A stretch of DNA of 64,000 nt, taken from Hydrolagus affinis (lineage: Eukaryota). The stretch covers positions 62,001-126,000 of the forward strand of contig JAAILG010000201.1 in the NCBI GenBank assembly GCA_012026655.1, given 5' to 3'. The translations under genes were made by a program, and so were the position numbers. Shown one piece after another: positions 24,501 to 39,500 of this stretch. Numbering within the stretch: the stretch's first letter is position 1; every line of letters starts with the position of its first letter. A model generated the notes under the pieces. That model saw nothing but the letters and a program-made list of their open reading frames with translations, had not been told where the DNA came from and did not search any database.

Positions 24501-27500
24501 TAGCCATCTACCTAGCTATAGGTAGATGGCTACGCCGCCCCAACCGCGGCCTCGTCAATCACGAAACTCACACATCCACAGTTTTCTTCCTTGCTAACCA
24601 CCCCTTATAACCCTTGCTTATCCACGGGTTTTAACACTAACACAAGCTTTTAGTGCTGGGACCCAGTTGCATCAACCAGCTTCAATGTCGCTTCGCATTA
24701 GCGTATAGTGCTAGGACCCAGTTGCGATATTGCAATCAACCAGTGACAATGCTTCTCTCTTAGGACTAAGGTAAATACAGTGACATGAATTTATTGTCGC
24801 TTCTCTGCATCCTCTCTCTCTGTGTGTGTGTGTAAGTGTATCTGTCTCTGACTAACATTCTCTCTATTTCACCTTCTCTTCCCCCCACACCCCCCTCGCC
24901 CACCCACCCTTCTCTCTCTCACCTTTTCTCTGACTCACCTTCTCTTCCCCTCACTCCCCTTCCCCCACCCCCCTTCTCTCTCTCACCTTCTCTCTATTTC
25001 ACCTTCTCTATATAGCTAGTATTAATGTATTGTGTTTAAAAAAACCTTGTCAAACTGAAACACCCAATAAATAACTCATCTTCATGGTTCAGCAACCAAA
25101 CACAATTCAAGAATGTAAATACACGAGCCACCCTGCAACAATTCTTCCTCAGTAAAATTTAACGAAATAACAAAATGAATGCAGATAATTTAATATGATG
25201 TCCACAAATTTATGCTAAAATGACTGTACAATAAACAACTTGGATTATATAGCACTCCTCACACAATATAAGCCCCATTACCTGTGAGCTTTAGTTGTTT
25301 CCTATCTGAATCAATAATAATAATACAGTAATAACACCTTGCATTTACATAGAACCCATCACATGCGGTAGTGTTCCAGAGCAAGGGGAGCAAAGAAAAA
25401 GCCATTACAATAATCATTCAGAATATGTTATTTACTATACATATTTAAAATAAATCACTTTATTGGATCACAAAACATTTATATGGTAACTTACTTTCAC
25501 ACGCATTTATTAAGAAAGACCACATTTATTTTACATTTGGAAATGAATGGAGCTTAATTTGTGCAACTGACAACTTCCACCATACAAACTGGTAAAATAT
25601 CAGTGTTCTTGCGTGGTGAGTCTTTGAACTATTTTGTCGTAGCTCAGTGCAGCCATAATTTTCAATGGAAGCAAGATGAGATAAATATAGTACATGCGAT
25701 AAGTAGAGGTTCAAGTAAACAAGAAATTAATATGTCTGTCAAAATAACAGTATTTAGCATGGAGAAATCAAATTACCCATTAGTAAGGAATATTTAATGC
25801 TCTAAGCATTTTAAACTTTCTTAGAATCTTAATTGCCTGCAAGAGCAAATTCAAAGCACTATATCAAATGTAAGGATTATTATAATCCTTAAATTAGTTC
25901 CATATCTAGTCAGCAGAGGGAATTGCACTGCAACAGTTGAAAGTTTGTCATTTTTATTTTCTGCTTACCGATTTATATGTGTGGTGAAACTTTACTAACA
26001 TGTCAAACACCATACTAGTTCTGTTCATTTGTAATTTATCCTAAAAATGGACTGCGTACAGAAATGTTAAAAAAATGAAATGTTGTCTCTTCATATTAAC
26101 TCACCCATGATTTCTAGAAAGTTTTGTGACATTTATCGTATCAGGGTGTACCAGCCACATTTGTAAACAGAAAAGTCACCCACCCAGCATTTAGGAATTT
26201 CCTCATCATTCAAACAATATCAAAAACTATATAACCAATAAATTAGTCTACATTTCTTCTGAAAATAACTAAACTACACTAAATGCCTCCTCAATGATCA
26301 CACATCAATTCTTGTATATGATTTTACAACTTAAAAATGAGAACAATTCAAATAAAAACAGAATAGATTGGAGAGGAAGAAACAATGGGGAACCAGTGCT
26401 CAACAAAACTGTTATTAAGCAGGATGTTTTGACAGGTAGTGCTAGCTTCAAAGGCATTGGACATAAATTGATGAACTGCATGAAATGGTCTCTAATACAT
26501 CAAATACTCAGATTCCAGTCATTTCAGCTACATTTTATGATAGCTTTTTAAGCACATCAAAATCCTGGTCACCAAACAAAGTATACATCTACCTGATAGC
26601 TGGTCTGTGGCAAGTAAGCATCCGTATTTGCCTGTACATCTCAAAATCATTAGCATTGATTTAGGTTACTGGTTTCCAATATAGAATATGGAAACATTTG
26701 CTATTAGAGTGCAAAAAGTATTTTTCCATACCACCCTGAAGTAAGTTTCAATACAGTCATAAACCCAGTGAAAGTTGAAACCTGCACTTGTTAGTTGTCG
26801 ACCAACTGGCGGGGTAGAGAGGGAAAGGAGTGGACAATTGGAAACCTCTCAAAAGCCGAACTGTCTCAAGCATGATAAGCCTGGCCAAGAGAATATGGAG
26901 CTCAGTTGAATTTAACATTAGAGCTCAGTAAATCCTAGAAGCAAGCTTTGCACTTATAGCATCACCTAAATCCTTACAGCTTTGGTACAAACACCCAATC
27001 TCCCATAATGCTTTTTTTTTTTAAAAATCAATCTTTACACAACTGTTGCACAAAAATAAGTACTCTTGTGGTCTATTATCTTTGCAAAACAAATCTGGTG
27101 CTTCAAGACGGATAAATTGAACTATGCTCTGTTTATCTAGTAACCTTAAAGGTATAGTACATTTCTTAAGGGGCCTTGGTTTCTTAGTTTTCACTGGCCT
27201 GTCTGACTAGTAAATTTACCTCCCCTTTTCTAAACAAATGTTAACATGTGAAATCTTCTGAATATGCATCTTTATATCAACAACAACAAAATTATACTTG
27301 TAGAATGCCTTTCACGTCAGAAGGACGTCCAATGTTTCAGATCTGAGCTGGGGTCGAGATCGGAGAGGGCGGAGGGAGAGGAGGGGATTTGGGGTGACCG
27401 ATGGGACCGTCAGAGGGTCTTGAGGCAGGACTTGCAGGAGGCTAGAGAGGTGGAGGGACTATGGGTTGGAATTCCAGAATTGTGGGGCAGAGTGACTGAA

Positions 27501-30500
27501 GGCTCGCCCGCCAATGGTGGGGCGGATGGGTGGGGAGATGTGGAGCAGGCCTGTGCCTGCTAAGTGGAGGGGGCGGGCATGCTGGTAGGGGGTTAGGAGC
27601 TTGCAGAGGTAGGGTGGGGCGAAGCTGTGGAGGGCTTTAAAGGCGAAGACCAAGATCTTGAATTGAATCCTCTGGGTGAGCCAAGGTCAGGTCACACATA
27701 CTGGCTTTAATCCACAAATTCTCATTCAACCAGTTATTCCCTGTTGCTCTCCTCAGATTCTCAAACTCTGCATCTTTGCAACAAATATCTCAGGAACTTG
27801 TCAGAGTACATTTCCCAGACCCAAACTTTCATTTTGTGTCTACAACACAAAATCAACCATACAACTTCAACCACCTGCTGCTTGCTGATCCTTTCTTCTA
27901 GATTCCTATTCAGATATTTACTGCAATTCTGCTCATCTAGTGCAGATGCAATTTTCACATTTTCATGGCAGTACTGTATATAGTTTTCCTGACCTATTTG
28001 GTGCTTCAAATATAAATAGTGTGATCAGAAATGATTACAATACCAAAGAATTAAGATGCCTGCATTTGCACTTGGCAGGACAAGAATATGAAAAGTTAAT
28101 CCAATTAGAGAGGTATGATTAAAAACTGTATAAATATCCTCAATAAACAGATGCGCAGCTTAAAGCCTGCAAAGGGTTCAATAAATGAACATTAACAATG
28201 CAAAAGAGGAATTTTATCAATATGAAGTACTCCACAGAAGATAATTCAGAAAATTGCTAGAACACTAAACTCTGGACAATAGCCTTGAAAATTAATCTCA
28301 CCAACAGCTGACTGTTTACTTACCAGCTGACAGAACTCAAAGACCAAAAGGTAGGGGACCGTGTCAACACACTGTCCCAGGCAGTGGAGGACATTTGGAT
28401 GCTGCAAAACTCTAAAATGAGAAAAAAACACATTAGATTTGCACTCTTAAAGGGCACAGAATGATATGGTATAACACACTTCTAAATACAATCATTCACA
28501 GTTAATTACTCAAAATAAACACAATAAAATGGTTCTAAAATTCATTCGTCCAAAAAAGACCATGCTATTGTGGAAGACTTCCGATGAAGGGAAAAAAAGA
28601 TCCAAAATACACGATATTTAAGTAGTTTCCAACTCCTATTACATAGAATTCAAATCCAAGTGATGTGGGATGCTGTCACATGATCTTAATTTCCACAGCA
28701 TCGTATTGATCTGTAAACCATCCAATCCTGTGGGCATCTGGTTTAAGCCACAAATTAAGTTGTTCTTTTTAAAATAAACATAGGAGCTTACATCAGAGAC
28801 TCAGTGCTGTGGATACAATATTAGCTGGGTAAGCTTTGGTGAAGCAAATGGGCCTTTCTTAGGAGAATGGTATTAAGTGGAACTGGGAAGTGTCCATATG
28901 TCAGCACTGGCTTTTGAGCACATGGAAACAAAATTAAGGTATTTAAAAAGAATATGGACATTTAAATATTAAGTGTTACAGAGAAAGGGCAAGGAATAAG
29001 AGAAGACTAAAAATACAAGAGCTGTCATATTCTAATAAAATAGCAATACACGCTCAAATGATCTACCCAAAGACTTCTGAGGAAAGCAAAAGTTGAAAAT
29101 AATCACAAGTACAAACCACAAATAATAATACTTAACAAGGAACGACTAAAAGGCATCGATGTAAGCTGTTACAATGTTCAACAACAACAAAATTACAGTT
29201 GTAGAGTTCCTTTCCCATCGGGACGACATCCCAAATAGTTGATCTGTCAGAGGTTAGTGTTGTGATGAGGGAGGGTAGAGAGGTAGGAGGGTGACTGAAG
29301 GCACGGTCGAAGGAGGGTCTTGAGACTGGTCTTCAATGAGGCAAAGGAGGGAGCAAGGCGCAGCAATTGTGTGATGGAATTCCAAAGTGTGGGGGCAGAG
29401 AGGCTGAAGGCCAGCCACTAACTGTAGGGCGGGAGACATGGAGCAGACTGGAGCCTGCTGAATGGAGGGTGCAGACACGTTGATAGGGATTCAGCCGGTC
29501 AGAGAAGTAGGAGGCGGCAAGGCCATGAAATATCTTGAATTTGATACTCTGAGGATTGGGGAGACAGTGGAGCCGGGCGAAGGTGGGGATGATGGGGTTG
29601 CGGAGCCTGGTGCGGGAGAGGAGATAAGAAGTTTTAGATGATCTGAAGCTTGTGGAGGGAAGAGTTGGGGAGCAAACTAGGAGGGAGTTGCTGCAGTGAA
29701 CCATGAGGTGACAAATGCATGTGTTCACTCTTAAAGAATGAAGCAATTCCTGTATTAAGTGTATAGGCAAGACTGGACTCAGCTGTGATACCCAGCAGTC
29801 AGGCAAGCCTGCAGAGAATCATTTCAGCTCATTACAAAAACAAATTTGAACAAGATGATCAAAAGCAACCAGTGTGTCAGGATACACTTTGAAATAATTC
29901 ATTGTTGCTTTAAAGAAGAGAAAAATGGACAGAGGAGAGAAAAAAAAAGGAAAATAAAAAATTACTATTTCTTCTCAGATTGTAATAAAATTCTTTATGT
30001 GAATGCGTTAAAGCCATGCCACACCCAATGTGTTCAGAATACAACTCATTCACAAATTAAATCAACTTTGCACAGAACTTCTGCAAAAGCAATTTTAACA
30101 CATTCTACCTAATGTGAATGTGCATTCCAAACTCCAAACGGAGCAAATATTAATTAAATTACACTGATTTCTTGGTCTAGTACTAGAGGTTAATAAAATA
30201 ATAAATAATAATAATCCCTGCATTTGATATAGCACTTTTCACGTCTTCTAGATGTCTCAAAGCGCTTCACAGAATATACTGTAAAGTGAATTGACCGTAA
30301 AATTGTGGGAAAACTCAGCAGCCAATTGCACACAGTAGTGTCCCACAAAGTCGTCGGTTGAAATGATAAATTTTATTATTGTTTTTTTTGAAGGGATTAT
30401 CATTAGGCATTGGAGTAAGGATACTTGCCCATACAGTAGGATTAATCTGTTACATTCTTCAATGACACATCTATATATATATAAAATTTAGAGTAGCATT

Positions 30501-33500
30501 TTTAAATCTAAATATTTAGATAGACAAATAAACACTGCAACTCCAAGGCTTTCAACACAGAACTTTATGGCACAGGAAACTTAAAACCTCATATTTTAAG
30601 TTACGCCATACTATATACCCCATTGCTTCACATTCTTTGCTTGCCCTGAAAATCCTCTTCCAAATCTGACTGCCTTTGGGCAAAACACTTAAATTTTCCC
30701 TCCTTCCCCTCCTGCTCAGTGATCCCCACCATTGATGAGCGAGTTGTTCAACCTCCATTGCAACTGTAAACTGTTGATCCCAGAAACCGATTAATCAGCT
30801 CCTTAAATCAACGAAGTGTAATTGCATTTGATTATAGTTTAACCAACCCTAAATAGCAGTGAAATACAGAACGCCGCCAACCACATTCTCACCCATACGA
30901 AACTTCGCGCCCCGATAACCCCAGTCCTTGCCAAACTTTAGTTCCATGTCATAGAGCGGATCAACTTCAGGATCCTCACTCTTGTTCTTTAAATCCCCCC
31001 ACTCTTTGCACCACTCTACCTCTCTAACCTCCTTTCTCCTCACAGCAGTGCCCGCTCCCTCCACTCTACTGGGTCCAACCTCCTCCTGGTCCCTCTACAG
31101 CTCCAAGCTCCATGACTTAATCTCTCACATTCGCTCCCGACTCCACTAGCTCCCCACAACCCAGAGGATTCAATTCAAGAGCTCAGTCCTCTCCTTCAAA
31201 GCCCTCCATGGCCTTGCCCCACCCTACCTCTGCAACCTCCTAACCCCCTACCAACCTGCCCGCCTCCTCCGCTCAGTGGGATCCGGCCTCCTCCATGTCC
31301 CCCGACCTAACCGCACCACCATCAGTGAGCAAGCCTTCACAAGCTTTGCCTCAAGACCCTCCTCTTTGACAGTCCAATCGGACAAACCAAATCCTCTCCT
31401 TTCCCTCCACCCTCCCCGATCACAACCCAGCTCGGGTCTGAAACATTGACTGTCCAGCACCTTGGGACGTCCTCCCAATGTGAAAGGCACTATATAAATG
31501 TAATTTTGTTGTTGTTGTCCCCCGAATCATGTAAAGTTACAAACTTAAGTCATTAATGTTTCTATTCAGTTAGAAAAATACACACTAACCTATACGGTTC
31601 TCCATTTTTAAGAAATTGTTGTTGTTCCTTTGCACTTGCATTAGCCTTCAGTTCTTTTATAATCACCCTCACTAGATTGGAATCCTTGAAGATCTCCCCG
31701 AGAAGAACCTGTCAGAAACATGTAGAATAGCAGATTATACATTTTTGTGTCTTCCTACTGAAGAAATGATTTCCCATGAACATTCTGCTATCACAAAACG
31801 TGGTCAAGGACACATAGGCAGGCAACAGAGGATGTTTTTACATTGGCTTGCCAACTCCACGTAACAGTGCTTCCATCCTCAGGAAGGGAAGGCAATAGGA
31901 AATAGATGTAAATCTGGAATATCATAACATAAACTTGTCTGATTGGGAAAAAACCTTCCAAATCAAAACATTTATGATGTATTTGAAAATCAAAACATAT
32001 CATTTCTAATTGGGAATTACAAGTAATCCACAAAGGTAAATTGTTTTAACCCTGCAATGTTAAATTAATAATTACAATATAAAACAAATTATTAAAACCT
32101 TCATAGATTGACATTGTCTCATTATTATACAGCAGTCTCTGCCTGACACAGCTTACACTACTAGTTCAAATTATTCTCTCTAAGAAAATAGTAAAATCTT
32201 GGGCACAACAAGCTGCTATCTTAGTCTAGAAAGATACTTACGTTTAATAGAACACATATGAACATTTAATGACTGACCAGGACCCAATAATCTTGCTAAC
32301 AATTCCAATGGAGAAACCCAAGTAGAGAAAAGCTGAATTTAAAAGGATTATTTGGGATTTATTTTCAAATATTTTCTTTAGAAGAAAATTTTCAATAATT
32401 AATCCTAAATGCCATTTTCTTTACAGTTGTTCCTAATGCTTTTGCTTCTGCTAGGAAAGTGAATTGATTGTACATTTGTGGGCGAAATGCAGCAGCCAAT
32501 TGCACACTGCAGTGTCCCATAAACAGTCATAGATTGAAATGACCAATTTATTATTCGTTTTTTTTCTTGGAGGATTATTATCAGGCATGCGTGTAGAATA
32601 AGGAAACTTGCCCAAGCTAACCACTGAGCATTCAGTGACAAATACCAATGTTATTCACGGCGTGCAGGGCGCGATATAAATCCAAGTTGTTATTGTTATT
32701 GATTATCTGTACCCATTGCAATTATGCTTGCAACCGAAGGTTCAAATATGGAATGCAGATTTCAGTGATATCACTCACAAACCATTTAACATGCCATAAA
32801 GACCGTGTGTACATCTTAAGCAAAACTGCCATACACGTGTGATCAGCTTGTTTAGGGCATACGTCATATGGTAGAAGATAACCCCCAAAAATATGCCCAT
32901 GACACTCCCCAATACAAGACCTTTCTGATGATTGGGGAGTGTCACAGGCATAATTTTTTTCAGTCAATCAGTTATCGTATTATTAGTGGACAGACACCAA
33001 CAGACATTTTGTCATATTAGTACAGACTACATACTTATAATATAATAATAATCACCACTTAGTGGGTGAACAGCACATATTAAATGTAGTATTGAGTAAT
33101 TATTCACTAGAATCTTGATAGAATGATCATCTATGATTTATGAAAGAAACACTTACCTTGCCAAACCATCCATGTCCAATTTCCTGGATATAACTAAGAT
33201 GCTGACGTGAAACTGATGCCGAGGCCACACCTGCAAACCCAACAGGGATGGAATTTATAAACAAAACAGAAAGATTTCAGTCAGAACAGCTTTTTTTTTT
33301 AAGTATAATTTTAGATTTTTAAATCTCCAGTTTAAAATGAAGCAAAATGAACAGTCATGTATGTGCCGTGGTAGGGGAGGGAAGAAAGAGGGAAGGTTGC
33401 ATAGGGTCAATAATGACCACCTTCCTGAGACCAGAAACACAAATATCTCATTAAAACAAGAAAAAGATTTACTATATATACACAAGTCATAAGAGAGCAC

Positions 33501-36500
33501 AGAATGCAGCCACTGCAGCATCCCACAAAAAAGGACAAAATTTGAACATATGAAGTTGCAACCTTATGTTAAATTTAAAACCGATCTCAGTACTGTGAAG
33601 ATTTGGGTTACAGTACTTACAATCTGCATTCTGCTTGAGAAGCAAGAAATATATATATAATATATAGGTATATAGAATATATTTTAAAAAGGTAATAAAG
33701 TCAAAGCATTGTGGGACGTTTTCAAAGCTAGTAGAATTGTTTCAAAAACCACATTCACAAAAAAACAGGAATTTTATGCAATCAAAGATTTGTTGTCTTT
33801 CAACACAAATACATACATCCTATTTGCTCCAAAGGAAGCCTCAAAATGGCAACTGCATATACAGGATGTTTACAGTGAAACCATGCCAAAGGTCACAGCG
33901 TCAATCATTATCACAACAGAGGGTTTCAGATCAGAAACAGGAAGTTCACTATCATGTAGAGACTAAAGGAAAAACAGAACATCTGTCCAAACCAAATTAT
34001 AACATGTTCCTGCCTGTTTACACTGCAGGAAACCTGTTTAATTAGCACAACACGTAACTTTACACATCACAACAAAGTTCTGCATTGGATACAAAATCTT
34101 CTCCCACCCGATCTTGTCAAAGGATGACGTGATTAATCCAATTATCAGCACAAAAAGGGTTTAAACAAAACTACCAATGGGAAATTGCACTTTTTTTTTA
34201 ACCATATCATCTCCATCAAGTTCAACAGTTCCAAAGTGAACAGCCAAAATAAAAGCACCACAATGCTTCAATTGCAGGCACTTTCACAAGAACAAATGCA
34301 ATGTTTTGTAGTGAAGCTTATTTATTGTACAAACGTGCAGAATACCTGCCAAAGAACTAGTCAATTCACCAAACAAAGTCACAGAATAAAATACTTCTAC
34401 TTATTTTAAATATAAATGTAAGGATTAGCAGTTAACTGTCAAATCCATTTTGCCGGACTGGATCTCCCCCCATTAATCTGGTTAGCCAGGGGGTTGAGAG
34501 TACTGTGGAGAATATTAGGACTTTCTCATTCATTCAAGTTTTACTTTATGATTATCCCCATCTTTGATATTGAGGCTTATGAAGCGTTGTTGAGAAGTCT
34601 CAAAGCACTTCACAGGATTTACTGTTAATTCTGTTAATTGCAGTGATTACTTATGGATGAATGTGGTAGCCAGTTTGCACACAGTAACATTCCACATTTA
34701 TGAAGTGAACACTGGAACAAACTCCTTTGTCTTTTTGACGAGTGCCACAGTACCATTACCATCAGCTCCAAAAGGTAGAGAGCACTTGGTTTAACATCCT
34801 TGCCAAAGAACTTCTGACAATGCAGCATTCTCCCAGCACTATACTAGTGTCAGACAAGACTCTCTAGAAGAGATGTTTACAGTATTCTAGCCAATAATAC
34901 CCAATACTAAAAACAAGACACTTAGGGGACACTGTTGCATCAAAACTGGCTGCCGTCTTCACCCACAAAGACAGTGGCTACACTCTACCCTTTGAAGTGC
35001 TTTGAGACATGTTGACAATGTGTTAAACTGTTATATCAAATGCAAGCATTATTATTTATAGCGTGAAAGACCCAGATTGAAGCTACAACCTTCGGACTCA
35101 GAGGAAAGTGTGCTACCAGGTCAACGAAGTGAAACTGCAACCTTATATGAACTTCAGTGTTGAAATTCGCAAGATGTTTCCTAATTCGCAAGATGTTTCC
35201 TTGAAAAATGTAATGAAATATTCTTGACAAATCCTGATAAACATTTGACCATCCACAGCAGTTCCGGCAGGGCTCCATCACCGAACAGATCGACTTACAC
35301 TTGCATTCAAATCCCTTCAATCTCTGCTGCTCCCTACCTCTATGACCTCTTTTCAGGTCCCGCCTGAAAACCTTCCTCTTCGACCGTGCTCACAGTCACC
35401 TCTTCCCCCGGCTCAGAGTCAGGCTCTGCCACTGTTAAGCGCTCTGAGACGCTACCCTGCGTGGAGGGCGCTATATAAGTGCAAGTTGTTGTTCCAATCT
35501 GGTCCAATAATTTTTTTTAAAAAACTTCAAAAAATCCTGTATAAAACTACTCTTAAATGACATTGATGCTTTAGATTTCATTGACATTGCATTGCAGGGT
35601 TTCTGTCTCAAAGCACATATCAAGCTGAAAGTATTCATTTTGAAGATTACACAAATTGAGGTTTAGAGCACATCACTTTGTGAAACAATGCGTGCTGATA
35701 GAAATGATAAGGTTACTGGTTTTAATTTCTTTTAGCAAACTTAATATTTACCAAATTGTAAAAACAAACAACAACAACCTTACTTTTGTATAGCGTCTTT
35801 CACATCGGGAGGACATCCCAAGATGCTGAACCTACTTATTTAATTATTCATGCATTTCCAACCAATGTAAAACCAATAATTTACAGGGCACTGACTCCAA
35901 GAAAACTGCCATTGGCCTATTTAATGAGTGCGAAGGTACAAGGGAATTTACCAAAAGATGTAGAATAGCTCATACCTTGCATTTTGAATGACAGCAGTTG
36001 CGTCGGAGCAGGCAATGCAACATTTGGAACTGCAAGTGTATAAACTTCAGCAGGTGCATGAGGTGAAGGAGTGTCTTCTGCAGGAGGTATGAAGTCATTC
36101 TCATCTTCAAAATGATCTTCAAATTCCTGCAACAAGCAATTCAAAAAGATCAATTCTGGTGAGAAGGAAAATAATGAAAGGCATTCCAACTCCATGAAAA
36201 TGTACAGCAATTAATTTGTAAACACATAAGTGTTTAAATCAATTGCACACAATACAATAACAAAAATACATCAAAAAAATTGCCTAACACTTCACTATGT
36301 AAAGCCAACTGAATAGAATAATAAAATATGCATTAGCACTCACTTTAGGAAGAAAAAAATCATTTGATAGCTAAAATGTTCACAATGATTTGCTGATAGA
36401 TGCTGAAGTAGATGGGAATCTCAGATGAATGAAAAGCAGATCGTAGCTTTTTTTTCTAAAGTCAACAACTTGTCTAAAATATCATGCAACAATCCTCTAA

Positions 36501-39500
36501 AGAAGTCATTTATAATCACTGTGCAAAATAAATTACATTTGAATTGATAGACTGAATGACTCAAAATAATCTTTCATGGAAACTGTTCACAGTTGAATGA
36601 AATGAAATAAAATGAAACCAAAAACCAAGTACAGTACATTTTATAGGCTCACCTTGAAATTTATTTCAGGGTCTTTACAGCAGGATACGCAGTTCAAAAC
36701 CACAATGATCAGAGCGACTAAGCTACACACACAAAGTATCAGGAGTGCCGGGGAGAATTCACCAACAGCTGCTTCCCCTGGAAACCCAAATTACAATTAA
36801 TTTCTTACATCTAGGTTAAACAGATCCAAACAAAATCATAGTAAGAAAACATGCATGAGTTAAATAAGTTAGTTTGTCTGATAGTCTAATGCTTAACACC
36901 ATGTATAACATGAATGTACAGATATTCTATAAATTAGAATTATATAGAATTATAAATTAGAATGAGCTACCTAGGGAGGCAGATTGTACCAGCAAATTCA
37001 AGAGGGAATTTGATAAATATTTAGCCATCAGAACTACATTTGCCTTTCACAGTCCTATTTACTCATGTATGCACGACCCTTCACATCAGAACTGGGGCAT
37101 GTTGGGGAGAGGCTTTTTAAGGACTAACAAAGAGGGAGGAGGAAGTTGGGCAAGGAAGACAAAGGAGAAAATGGGGTAGAGTACAGGAGATGATTGGAGT
37201 TGGTTTAAAACAGTTACTGGGGACAGTTACCTATAATCTCCTGTCTTCTACCCAATTTTCCCACTTTGTCTTCGTTACCCTGCCTCCCACCTCTCTGTCA
37301 ATTCTTAAAAGCTTCTGACTCCCAACATGCCGTAGTACTGAAGAAGGGTCATGGATCCAAAACATTGACTCACTTTCCGTTCTTTATAGATGATGCCTGA
37401 CCTGCTGAGTGTTCCCAGTAGGGTCTGTCGATATGGAAATTTTCCGATATCAATATATCGGTTTGCCCGTATCGATATATATCGATATCGCGGGGTTTTT
37501 TTGTCCTGCGCACGTGCATTCCGGTGTGCGCGCGCATTCGGATATCAACAAGGTAAGTTGAAAAAGACAGCATTTTACCGATATATCGTCGGAAACGGTA
37601 TATCGATATTTTCGATATATCAATTTTTTTCCAATAAATATATCAATTTTTTTTAATTCCAATATCAGCATATCGATATGAAAATTATATCGGATATAAC
37701 CGATATATCGATATATCACCAGACCCTAGTTCCCAGCAACTTCTGTTCTGTTACAGATTTCCAGCCTCTGCAGTATGTTGGATTTTGCTCTATAACAAGC
37801 TGTCCAGCCCTCATTTAGTGTTAATCCTCAGGAATTCTGCACAATTCCAACATCTTCAGTTCCTAAACATTCAAGTTTTGTGACAATTCATGCCACTCTC
37901 CATATGAGATATGGACATCATAGTTATATGCAGTACTGTACATTAATTTGTTAGGATTGGTCTTTCCTATCCGAGTCCTGTAGGTCAGTGTTTGGAGCAC
38001 TCACCTTACAAGCAAGAGACCTGGATTCAAAATCATTTCAATCCATGACTGTTTGTGGGACATTGCTGTATGCAATTGATTGCTGCGTTTCTCCCACATA
38101 TGCTGTTGCTATATAAATCAAAATTGTTGTAGTCAATTCACTTTGTAGTATATTCTCTGAAACCAGACATCTAGAAGATGTGAAAAGCGCTATATAAAAT
38201 GCAAGGATTGTTATTATTATTTATATGAATCCAGTGACACAAACAGCTTAAATACTGAATTCTATGTGCCATAAGATCTAAAGGTTTGTTCATATCTACA
38301 CATGGCCTAACTCAAAAGGTAATTATCCAAGCATCTAACTGTCAATACTAATTGAATGTACATATTGCAGGAAACCAACTTGCCCAATCGTATGACTCAT
38401 ACTAAAAGCAAACATCAAATTGCAATTTTCTTTTAAAAGACCCCCAGGAACAAAAGGATGCATTCAGGTGGATCATTCTTTTAGATTGTAAATTGTACAT
38501 CATTTCCTCACGGCTATAGCTGTGCCGTGTAAACAAAAGCAATATCAGGGTTTCCAATGAAGCGTCCAAAGATGGATTCAGAACTGATCAAATAATATTT
38601 ACTGCTCTATTACTGGTGAAAGTGCTCAACATTGATTATGTTGTAAGAAAGACTAGAACATAAGTACTGTACAGAAAAAGAGAACCATTAACTCGCAGTA
38701 GCCATTTATCCCAGGGTATTTATAGACTATCTTGTAAATTCTACCATACTCAATATTGTAGCATAGATGTAAAAGTATTCAAGCAAGACACCGGGGATAA
38801 ATTAAATTGAAAAATAAATTATCCAATTTCCTCCCCACCCTCTCCTCTGTAGAAATTCAGTGACTAAAGTACTCAACAGACATCTGACACATGCTCAGAA
38901 ATCAATGTCAATTAAAAACGTGACTTTATTCCCATCAGCAGGTCAATGCTGGAAGTGAAGCAATGGGAGGGGCACCTGCCTATTTATTGCTGGATTGTGA
39001 CCCACAGTGGATATCAGAGCTTTGCGCCAGCTCCAAATAGAACACTCATATAATGAAGTTTCAATTCATAAATTTACAGCAATCCATGCTATTTGCAAAT
39101 ATCATGGAAATACGGTGCACATTTTCAGTCAATGATTGAACTTAAGAAGGTTGAAATGTGCAGCAAGAACTTGGACTTTGTACAACTTTAATTTATCCAC
39201 TGAATAAATGCTCACATTACTCCAATATTTTTTCATCCTAAAAGTCAATTCATATATTTCTACTGACCGGAGGGGAAAGGAAATCAGCCGCCAAATTCTT
39301 TCAGCAGTAATTTCCAGATAGCCATCATTAGAGGTATCTTTGGATAATTTTCTACTTGAAACGCTTTGAGACTGTCTTCCCAACATAAAATCCTCTAAAT
39401 AAATCTTTCGTTGAACTTCCTGGCCAGTAACTGATTCACTGTCAACATATCTCAGGTCAATCAGGAGATTCACCCAAAAATCTTAGGAATGTTCTGGCAA

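Noticed and set aside
37419-37728. CRISPR-like or iteron-like array of CGATAT repeats
   Set aside because: Spacing is irregular, the context is eukaryotic, and the repeats are explained as MITE subterminal repeats.
39129-39473. 114-aa minus-strand ORF in intron 1
   Set aside because: Non-ATG start, no recognisable motif and no convincing splice sites.
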